Of a stretch of DNA of 64,000 nucleotides, positions 11,082 to 21,461 are shown piece by piece. Both the position numbers and the translations under genes were made by a program. This stretch comes from Psammoneis japonica. Its lineage: Eukaryota. The DNA is taken from positions 1 through 64,000 of the forward strand of contig QPGO01000189.1 in NCBI GenBank assembly GCA_008632985.1, given 5' to 3'. The stretch's first letter is position 1. Every line of letters starts with the position of its first letter. The notes beneath the pieces are model-generated. The model worked only from the letters and a program-made list of their open reading frames with translations, made no database searches and was not told where the DNA came from.

Positions 11082-14000
11082 AAGATTCTAATTTACCCTG
11101 TAGTCGACTAACGTAACGAAAAAATGGAAAGAACCTATTGTAGAAGTAGAAACATGCCATGTATGCTGGATGCGTTCATTTGAACGTCATGATTTCCATC
11201 TACAGTACCCGTGTCCCGTGTGCGAGCACTGGCCCACACTACATACAGTACAGGACTCCCACTGCTCGAGTGTGTGGGTGGGCCTAAGTAATTCTAAAAA
11301 CCGTTAACGGCCGTTACTATGTAATTTGGTAGTATTTTGGTACTCTATATATGAGGCATTTATGTAGAAATTACGTACGTACAAACATTAGGGGAAACGA
11401 GCGTGGAGAAGAGACGACGCGAGCGAAGCACGAGCGAAGAGACCGACAATGACACAAGTGCCGGAGAGAGACGCAAGGAGAGCAATCCAACGATATTGCA
11501 AGGGCGCAAAGAGAGGAAAGATCTATTTGAGTTAGTACCATATCTTCAATAAAAAGAACAAAGCAAGAAGACATTGGCATGCACAAAAAACTTGCACAAA
11601 GAAGCACGGCACCAGCGCCTGCAAAATGACCACATCTGCGGTGACGTGGAACAACACAAGGAGGTGAGAACATACTTTTTCTACAAATACAATGCAACAA
11701 CGAGCAAATGACCAATACAAACTCACCAGTAGGGTCAAAACTTGGGGTGCCTGGATCGTCAACGGCAGGAGGAACGACAGATGGAAGAGAGGCAGCCTGG
11801 TGGTTCCACGGAGCAGGACGACAAAAGCAGGCGGTAGATCGGCGTGAGCAATGGTAGAAAGTTGGCGCTTGGGCTCGAGTGACTCGTCCAGTCCATACAA
11901 GTCGTGGTAGTAGCTTAGAGAACGGAGGCAGCGCCATGGTAGGACGGCATGGACCGGGACAGAAGCAGCACGCCATGGTGGAACGGTGACGAAGCCAAAA
12001 ACGGTGACGGCGGCGGTGTAGACCCATGGACTTCGATGTCCCCATCTTCGATTCCTATACATCAAGATACGGGACAAGGAGGTTCAAGGTGAGCGCCATT
12101 GCGAACGAGAACGGGGAAAAAGACGCATGGTTCCACGAGAATCAGAACTCACCACATTTTGAGTCATTCTGACCCATTCTAGAGCCAGGACTCACTCACA
12201 TAGCACGACCCAATGGCGTGTAACACTATCAAGCAAGGTAGGGGTCGGGAGGCGGTGTCGTACCGGTCAAATCGGCCAAAAGCGCCATTGTCGGAGGGAG
12301 CGGTGGTTGTTTCGATCGGCCGCTCGGAAAAATTATGAGCCATCAACTCGACCGCGCACCGTTCGGAGTCGCACAAAATTTCTCGGTACAAAATGTACAC
12401 AAATGTACGTCAGTATAAAAATCGTGTATAAGGGTTGTAAGTAGAACCTTTACTGTCTCTATGTAGACTACAAGGATTCTGCCGTTAAACTGTGCCAATA
12501 TGTGTAATTCACGTGGTCGATTTGAATCAATCCCACCAACGTTTTTGAATTTCGATCGTAATAACGGCTTTAGGTGCTGAGATGAATATAATGTGTAAGT
12601 TTGAATCCACCCTCCTCGCTGGGGTCGTTCTCGCCATTGTGCAACCCGCCTCGTCGGTCTCCACCTCGTTGCTTGGACCCTTCTCGTCGGGTTCGGCGGG
12701 TCCTCGTCGGGCTCCATAAGTGCACAGGGCGCGTACCTGCAGCACACGCGTGCGCGCGCATACAGTGCCGCCAAAATCTAGAGGGCCCCACCGGCAAAGC
12801 ACATCAACCTGCTGCACAGTGCAGCAAGACGAATGTGCCACACTTCTTTTCGTTTTGCTCAGCAATGGCCATGAGCCCTTCATTGGCAATCTGGTGCTCC
12901 CATCATGCCAGACAGTGTCACAGTCACACGAAGCATGATGTGTGGTGCCTGTGTGACCTTGCAAGTGGCCGCCACTCTTCTTGCACACACGCGGACATTG
13001 AAACAATGCAGAGGAGCGTGCCGCCCTGCCCCACACATGCCAAAAACAAAAACACAGACAGCACGGCAACTGAGACCTGCATCCAAAAAAAAAACCTTCT
13101 GCACACACCCCACTTTCAGACCCAGTGGTCTGCCCCCCCCCCCTGTGCAACATCTGGTGGGTCTTCTGACCCAGCTTTGCCAGCGGCAGTCAATGTTGTG
13201 TGCACGTGGTTGGTTTGTGTGGCATCAGCTGTGCCCATCTCATCCATCTCATGATGGCAGCCAGAAAACAATCCAGGGCACTGCCATTGTGCCAGACAGT
13301 GTGGTGCCATGGCCACACAAAGAGCAGCACACATGAAGAGGCAGCAGTGCACAGCACTCGTGTGACCTCGCAGGTGGCTGCCACACCTTTGCATTTGCTT
13401 GCAAAAGTTGCCCCCAAACATGGACAGCGTTGCAAGCAAGCCCAACCTGCATTTGAAAAAACTGGCATTCCCCCCCCAGCCTGACTGGTGTGCCAATGTT
13501 TCACAAATGAGTGCTTTTTTCAATTTGCGCAACACTCGCGTTCAAATGCACTCATCTTAAAAACCAGCATTAAAAAAACTGAGCGCCTCATTCATTCTCC
13601 AAGGGGAACAATTTTCTCAATGAGAAGAAAGGCTGAAAGCAGCTCCAGACCCCCAACATGTCAATGAACATGACCGCGTGCAGCAGTGGCTGGTTTCCAC
13701 CTCATGGCAACAAAAACAGCACCACTGGAATCACCACATGTTGCTCAGTCTGCAGGCTCCATTTCTCATTTGATCAGGTCAGACTCATGGACGTTTCAGG
13801 GACTTTCAATTGCAAAGTTTGTGCAACCTCTTCTCAGGCCATTTTGGCTCCCTGCTCTTCAAGTGTTCAGCATGAAAACTGCACCATCAAATGTTAAATC
13901 AGCCACATCTAAATCATGGTGAGTTGCACAAAAAACCAGTGTCATTCCACTCAGAATTTTGCAGCGGTTCAATGTGTCAAGTTGTTTGAACATTTTTCAA

Positions 14001-14639
14001 CTTGTGGACATTTTCACAATGAGTTTAAAAGTGCTCTTTGTGTCAGGCAAACAGCGCACACAGTCAGATTCATTGAGACACAGGTCCTTGGTGAGGCAAT
14101 GTTTTCGCAATGTGAGTTTTCATTTGCATCATTTTAAATCATCACGACAAACACAAATTCCAACTCCAGATCAATGACCCTTTGTGTGTTGCCATGCTTT
14201 CAATGCAATGAAAACAGGAAACAAAGAGCAGCAACCACCTGTTTGGGCACACTCCAGTGGGGCTTGTTGGTGCACACCCAAGCATTTGCAAATGAACAAT
14301 GAGACATTGCTTTGGGTTTGCAAGTTCATTCCCAAGTTAGTGACTGTGTGAAATCTGTGTCTGCACACACAAAAATGTCCATTTTTTGCACTCTTTTGTT
14401 CACGCATGGCTGGAACACCTTGCCTGCTGCTCCACACAACATCCAGCCAGGTCTTCCATCCTGGGCATTGGCAGAGGTCAATGCTGTGTGAGCACAGTTA
14501 GTTTCATGTGCATGATTTTAAGCAGTCTGGCTGTTGTCCACTGGGCAAGTCATTGGCTGGCTCTTCTTCAGATTTTTTCATGACTCTGCTCCTGTCAGAG
14601 TCATTCCCAATTCTCACTGCATGACAAGATTGACTGTTT

Positions 14640-14940
14640 TGCCATGTTGCAGACTCTTTCCATCCTAAGACAAGATGAGACCAAACAAATTTGTTTTCTT
14701 TGCTTGTTGTCAGAGCTGAAACTTGCTGTGTGAGAGGCACACAAGAGCTGCAGCTGTCCTGAAGTGCAGAAAGTTCTTGCTCAATTGATGCTGCCTGATG
14801 GCAGCACACTGAGAGGGCAGGAGATTGGGGTCATGTGACATGAAAGAATCAGGAGAAGAAAATGTTGACTTGAGTGACCCCTGGCATGTGTGCATTTGCA
14901 CATCATCTTTTGCTCTCTGCACAAAAATGAGTGCAAAAAG
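14640..14940 (+). repeat. Dispersed repeat, copy 1 (partner at about 34710-34985)
   Basis: Shared ordered blocks: catcc(t/c)aagacaag, cagagctgaaact, cctgatgg..gcacactgagaggg, gggtcatgtgacatgaaa.aatca.gagaa, tgagtgacccc, catttgcac. Confidence 0.8.
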
Positions 14941-16135
14941 AGCAAGTGAAATGTGCCAGCACCACACACCACACCAGGGCTCATGCCCAGAGCCAAGCAA
15001 CTCTTTTCAAACAAAACAGCACCAGGTTTGATTGGCTCGCCATGGCACCAGTTGAGTGCACAAATTCACCATTGTTGCAGCACTTCTCTTGGCCAGGGCA
15101 CAAAGCCAAAGTGGGGGTGCATCATGCTCTCACACATTGTGAGGGCTTGTGCAAACAGCTTCCTTGTTTCTCTTCACCACATCTTTGCAATGTCTCACTC
15201 ACCTGGGATGCATTGCTTGCACTTGCCATGGCACCATTTGAGTGCACAACTCCGCTCATGCTGCATTGCTTCTGCAAAAAGGTTGCTGCTTTTTTTCATT
15301 GCATGGGCTTTCTTCCACTGTCAATTGCCTGTGCACTGGCATGAGTTTGCTTGTTTGGCGCAAGTGCATTGTTGTCATGCTGGTGTGTGAACAAAAAAGG
15401 GCTCAAGATTTTGGAAGATGCCCAAGGGCATCAGGGAGTCAGGCTCTGGTGACCAGCTCCCAATGCTCTGTGCAGAGCAATCTGAAGGTTTTTTTTTCAT
15501 TTGACACAGGATTTTGACATGGAGTGTGGCTGCACACTCCAAAAAAAATCATTTGAGCACGCGAGAGAGCGGAGAGAGTGCGGCTGGCAAGAGCTGTGCT
15601 CTGCAAATGATTTTTGTTTCCTGTGCAGGGATTTTGCCACTCATCTTGTCTGAGGGCACTGATGCAGCAATGTTTCCCATCAAGAAATGACCACCACAGC
15701 CAGCCCTCCTGCTGCATGGCTGTGCCCGGCACCTTCCCACCTGCACCCAGCCCATGCATGGCCCACCACCACATGTCTCTCAGGGGGCGGCTGGGGGGTG
15801 TTTCAAAGCCAGCCAGTCCACTCAAACCAATCTGCAACTTTTCTGAAGTTCTCTGGTTCTAACTAAGTAAAGAGTGAAAGAGCCCAAAGGCAGAAGGTGG
15901 ATGGAGCAGAGAGAGGACGATTGAGAAGGGCCTGGTTGTGCCTCTTGTTGCGGACTTCTAAAAGGCCTAAGATGCCGGGAGCATGGGAGGAACAGGCTCT
16001 ATGACGTCCTAAAAGGCCTGTTGAGAAAGGCTGTGTCGTTTTCACTTTGCGTGGTCTTGGTCTGTGGCCGCTCATTTTTTTTTCTGCAGTCTGCAGATGT
16101 CTGCATCTTCTCTCTCCATCTCACAACGTAACAAC

Positions 16136-18160
16136 ATGGCAAACGAGGAATCGGCACAAGCAGACGAAGGGACCAACAAGGTTGTGCCGGCAACCATTCT
16201 GTCTGGCTTTCTTGGTTCGGGGAAAACGACGCTCCTTCAGCATGTTTTAACCAGCAAGGAGCACAAGTTGAGAATTGCTGTGATTGTCAACGACATGGCC
16301 GAATTGAACGTTGACGCACAAACCATCAACCGGACTCCCTTTACGACGACGACGACGACAAGTGACGATGATCAGCCTTCTTCTTTGATGGATGATGAGC
16401 CCGCTGTGGTTAGAACAAAGCGAGAGGTCATTGCGCTGGAGAATGGTTGCATCTGCTGCACCCTTCGCGGTGATTTGATTCGAGAGATCCATCGCATTCA
16501 GGAGTTGGGTAGCTTTGACCACATCATCATTGAATCCACCGGAATTGCGGAACCTCAGCAAGTCGCAGAGAGTTTTTGTGTTGATCCAGAGACGTTGGCT
16601 CTGCCATCGGGTGGCGAGTCGAGGGAAATGGTCAACATGCTAAACAAGCACGCCCGATTGGACACGTGTGTCACGGTTGTGGACTCAGCAAATTTTCCGC
16701 AGCACCTGTGTTCACTGAGAAGGTTCAAAGAGCTTTTCCAGGATGGTGTTGATGGTGAAGAGGGTGAAGAAGGCGAGAAGAGCATCGCCGAGCTCATGGT
16801 GGAACAGGTAGAATTCGCCAACGTTGTTTTGCTGAATAAGATCGATCTAGTTTCCCCGGAACAAGTGACCGAAGCGAAACGATTGATCACTTCGTTGAAC
16901 CCAAAGGCACTTGTTGTCATGGCATTCCACGGAAAAATGAACGTCAAGGATGTTCTTAACACGGGGCTCTTTGACATGGAGGAAGCCAAGCAATCACCTG
17001 GATGGTTGGCATCGCTTCAGGATGGGATCGGTGCGACTAATGGCGAGGCCGACGAATGCGGTGTCGTTTCCTTTGTTTACCGTACCAACAAGCCCTTCCA
17101 CCCCCAGAGGCTCAACGACAACTTTATCTCCAAGATTTTGCACTTTGCGGGAGAGTGGAATGGCAAGGGGATCCAGGACACCACTGAAAAGGTCAAACGA
17201 AAGTATGTGGAGGATCGGCATGGATGCATTTTGCGGTCCAAAGGCACCATGTGGATTGCTGGCCGCGATGAACACGAGCACAATTGGTCACATGCGGGTC
17301 GTATCATTGCCATCAATCCCATCTCTCCTTGGCATTGTACCGTCCCTGAGGAGAAGTGGGATTACGACACCGAACAAGAAAGAGAGGCGATTCTGAAAAC
17401 GATTGAACAAGACAGTGAACATGGAGATCGACGACAGGAGATTGTCTTTATTGGGATCGACATGAAGGAAGATGAAATTCGAGGCGCGCTGAATGCATGC
17501 CTGTTGACAGACGATGAGATGGCAGGGCATGTCTTGGATTTGCCGCTTGGAGCATACCATGACACTCTCCCTCCGCTTCCATTTTATTGTTACGATGTCG
17601 GTGCAGTCTTGGCCACTGTCCGCCCTCGCCAAAATCACCACTTCATGATCCCCACCAAATTTAAGCTCACTCTTTCCAATTTGGCGCTGATGCCAATTAT
17701 TGACGAACAAGATCCGCCAATTGCAATGGTTCGCGTGTGGCTCGACAAGTGCTCCGGAACGAGCCAACATGGTGTGCTGCTAGCGACGCTCTGTCCTGAT
17801 GTCTGTGAGCAGCATTCCCTGTGTCTGCCGCTGCTTCACTCAGAAGGAAAGAATTCTGAACCGTCCGAATTTCGTCTTCGCATCGATGCAATTCCGTTAA
17901 AACGCGGACAGAAGCGAAAGCACGACGACCGCGAATCCGATGCCACGGTGAATGAGTCTGGCATTCAACTCCATGTCATGGGCAATGTCGAACCTGTCCC
18001 GTGCAATGCTGATGACGATGACAACAATGCCGATGATGACCACGACGATGATTGTCCCGATGGTGAATGTGACATGATCTCGGCGGCCGCGCAACATTTT
18101 TCTTTCGGGTGCTTTTGTGGGAAAGAGCCCTGTCGAAAACTTTGCCAACTCCCAGAATGA
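16136..18160 (+). CDS. CobW/COG0523 zinc-chaperone GTPase with a C-terminal nucleoplasmin-like domain and acidic tail; open frame but hypermutated, possibly a pseudogene
   Basis: Motifs VPATILSGFLGSGKTTLL, IAVIVNDMAELNVD, LENGCICCTLRGDL, IIESTGIAEP, VTVVD, EQVEFANV.LLNKIDL, FHPQRL, ILRSKG and GDRRQEIVFIG. ATG at 16136. Confidence 0.9.
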   Translation: MANEESAQADEGTNKVVPATILSGFLGSGKTTLLQHVLTSKEHKLRIAVIVNDMAELNVDAQTINRTPFTTTTTTSDDDQPSSLMDDEPAVVRTKREVIALENGCICCTLRGDLIREIHRIQELGSFDHIIIESTGIAEPQQVAESFCVDPETLALPSGGESREMVNMLNKHARLDTCVTVVDSANFPQHLCSLRRFKELFQDGVDGEEGEEGEKSIAELMVEQVEFANVVLLNKIDLVSPEQVTEAKRLITSLNPKALVVMAFHGKMNVKDVLNTGLFDMEEAKQSPGWLASLQDGIGATNGEADECGVVSFVYRTNKPFHPQRLNDNFISKILHFAGEWNGKGIQDTTEKVKRKYVEDRHGCILRSKGTMWIAGRDEHEHNWSHAGRIIAINPISPWHCTVPEEKWDYDTEQEREAILKTIEQDSEHGDRRQEIVFIGIDMKEDEIRGALNACLLTDDEMAGHVLDLPLGAYHDTLPPLPFYCYDVGAVLATVRPRQNHHFMIPTKFKLTLSNLALMPIIDEQDPPIAMVRVWLDKCSGTSQHGVLLATLCPDVCEQHSLCLPLLHSEGKNSEPSEFRLRIDAIPLKRGQKRKHDDRESDATVNESGIQLHVMGNVEPVPCNADDDDNNADDDHDDDCPDGECDMISAAAQHFSFGCFCGKEPCRKLCQLPE

Positions 18161-21059
18161 AATAAATAAAAAAAACACATTTTAAATGTCATTCAAGAAG
18201 CAGTTGCCCGGCTGGTTCAGATCAACCTTATGACAATGAATCAACGAAAAGATCCCCAATCCCTGAACCGTAGCACAAATGTCAAACATCATCATTGGCA
18301 CCGTGGAGCCACTCCACAACAGCTCGCTCTCCAACTTTTTGCAACAGCAAATGCAACAATTGAAGTGTTGTTTGATGCCACACTCATTGCAGCTCTGCAG
18401 ATCCCTTCTTGTTCTTTCTTGTTGGTGCGCATGTTGTCACTGTCACCAGTTTGCAGGGAGCTCCATGTTGTTTGTCAAGATCTCAGTTGTGGCCTTGCAA
18501 CTCTCATCTGACATCTTTGAGTTGATGATTGCCGTGCTTCTCTCTCTCATCATTTTGCAAGCCCATTGAGCCTGCCTCTTTTTTGATCTTTGTGGAGTTT
18601 TTGGATCAGAATCTCCAGAATCTCTTGGCACTTTCCAGGCCACAGGAAAATGCAGAATGTCAGCCCACCCCCTGCTGCCTTCATGTCCCTGAAGCCACAG
18701 AAACTTTCCTGAATGACACTTGTGCTAAAATGATTTTTGATTTGGGCCCCATTTTTTGACAATGAGAAACACACCCAAGCCAAGGATCATGCTCGTCAGC
18801 TGTGCCAGGGCTGGCTTCAACCTCCATGAAATCATTCCCCACATCAAATGGAAATCTCACAAGAACAGGTTGAGCATTGCACTCATCTTCTTCTGGCAAG
18901 CTTCTTTAAGGTGAAAGCTCTGTTGGCAATGATTCTCCATCTTGTTTTTTGCATCAGATGTTGGGCTGCAAGACCCAACTTGCTCTCAAGGCCTGTGAGA
19001 GGAGAACAGCCAAGCAGCCAGCACACAGCACATGTGCCCTTTTCAACCATGATGTGAAAACCAATTGTTTGGACTGGAATGAGTTTTCTGTTGAGCTGCA
19101 CACACCCAAATGAGTGCACTTGTCTTTGCTGATGTTGGCTTCACCAATCCACCATTGACCTTCTTTGTGCAAGCAGACGTCAAGCCCCACACACTGCTTT
19201 GCACAATGCCCAGTGGGTGTTGGGGACAAACCCCCACACCTCTCCTCTGCATGTGAAGATGTTCTGCATGTGACCAACCAAGAACTTGTGCACCCCCCAA
19301 ATGACAGCTTGTGTTGTGTGGTTCTTCATTGGGATCTGCATCACCCAACACTGTGCTGTTGGCTGGCACTGTGCTGCATCTTTTGCATCCAAAGATCAAA
19401 AGGATGTGGCTCCTGACAACACGCCCGTTGGGAAAGTTGAGAATTGCAAGGACCTTCAAACATTTGGTTGTCATCTTTGGGTCTAAAGACCCAGTTGGTG
19501 CTGTCGTACTAAGTTTCAGCCCAACTCTGAGAAAGGCATTTTTTGTCATCTTCCAGATGCTGCAAAGAGCGCTGTTTGGTGCGATCCTCCTGAAACCTCT
19601 TGGCTCAAGTTTGCCAAGAGTGCGCACATTTCTGCCAGGGCATGAGTGACCTCCCTGCTTGTGAGAAGGACCAACGCTGTTGGGCCACTCCACCTTGTGT
19701 GGCATCCATGCACGGTTGATGCAACTGCAGCAAATGAACACACAGCTTGGCTGTGGTCATGGTGCTTCTGCAGCCACTGTTTTGCGCAGTTGCTCATTGG
19801 AGATTGGCTTGCCCCCACAGCAGCCACCATGCCTTGCAAAGGTGCTGCTGCATCCATTGCTCCCACAACTGCAACTTTTGTCAGCACCATGGATGAAGAA
19901 ATGTTGCCAACCCCAGCAACTTGCATGTGCCAGTTGCTGTCACACCTGGCTTGCCAGCTGCAATGACAGCAACTTTGCCTTTTCAATCATGCGCAAACTC
20001 TTCCAAGAGCTCCAATGTGCTCACAGGGCCCAAGTTGAACCCAGCTCGCACATCCACCACCGCCAGCTGTGACGCTGCAGATGCACCTCAAGTTGAAAAT
20101 GTGCCAGCTGTGAGCACCCCAGCAGATCTTGTGAGCTGCCAGTTTGCTGAATGCCAAGTCTGCTGTGTCTGTTGTGGGGCCTGCAAGTGCACCATCGGCT
20201 GTGATCAGCTTTGTTTTGCTGATGTTGTCTGCCAGATTGATGGCTTTTTCCACCAGTGCCTGAGCCAACTCACTCTCCAGACCCCAAGGTTTTTGTTCCT
20301 GACTGCTCTGTTGTCACATGCAGTGGGAGTGACTTTTGTCTTGTGTGGTTGTGGTGAGATCACATGATGCTTGATGATGCAGTCACTGCTCTGTTGGTTG
20401 CCAAGTCACTTTGCATTTAGATTTTTCACTCAGATGTTGTTGGTTTTGGGGGGACACACAAGGCTGCTGTTGCTTTGCATGTCCAAACAAGACAAGTGTC
20501 AGAGTGTCAGCTGAGAGAGAAAGCTGCAAGCCACAAAGAGCACTCTCAAATGGCAGAGTGTCAGCTGTGAGAGAGGGCCACAAAGAGCACTCTCACCTTC
20601 TGCTGCCCAACCTCCATCCTCCACTCAGACTGCTCTTGTTGTTTCACATTGCACTTTTCACAGTGCTCTTGATCCACCAACTGTTGCCAATGACAACAAC
20701 CCTGTGATTTGCAACCAGGAAAAAGCAACGCACAGCAAAGAGAAAGTGTGCAAAGCTGATGGATGTGTGCAAGATTCTGCCAACAAGATGCCTCATTTGA
20801 CAAACAAGTTTTGAAAACTTTGTTTGATGCTCATCTGCCATTCATTGACATTTTTCTGATGCCAAGTCATTTTTTGAAGTTTTTCTTTGACCAATGTGCT
20901 TTTCAGAGCACATGACATGAGCCCCCATGCCTTTGGGTGGAAGACCCTGCATGCAGAACTGGTGGCCCCTGCATGTTCACCCAAATTTTGACTGCTTGTT
21001 TTCTTGTGCACACACAAAATCTCAACAAATGTCTGGAACTTTTGACGCGGTTTTTGGCC

Positions 21060-21210
21060 AGCAGAAATTCTCACTGCTCTTCTCCCTGCTTCTTGGGTTG
21101 ACGGTGATGATGTGTGATGCACAAAACTGTCTGTTGTCATGCATGCATCCAGTCAACACAATCTCTGCCATTTCTTGAGATGAAAGAAATTGTGTTGGTG
21201 GCAACACCGG
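21060..21210 (-). pseudogene. Degenerate tandem copy of the 3' end of the HYR-repeat gene
   Basis: gggttgacggtgatgatgtgtgatgcacaaaactgtctg...gcatgcatccagtcaacacaatctctgc...gaaattgtgttggtggcaacac aligns to 21619-21730. Confidence 0.8.
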
Positions 21211-21461
21211 CCCAACAATGCATGGCTCCATCACAGTTTTGCAATGAAAAAAAAAGACCCCAACCCGAAACAGGTTTTGACTGGTCTACAGTCTGCTGAG
21301 GGGTCACGGCTTTTGCTGGAGAGGTCGTGGCCATTTTGTCTTGATTGCATGCCCAAAGTGTTGACAAAAGAGATTGTAAAAAGAAAACTAAAAATCTGTT
21401 CCTTTCAAAACAGGCATAGATTTTTGATGCAATCAAAACATCAACCAACCCCAACAACGGT

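Noticed and set aside
11371..12077. ORFs 11371..12045 and 11532..12077
   Set aside because: No motif or coding-like composition; probably non-coding, repeat-associated sequence.
13680..13900. Minus-strand GDSSGA resembling a serine-protease motif
   Set aside because: The match is short, interrupted by stops, and no other catalytic motifs are visible.
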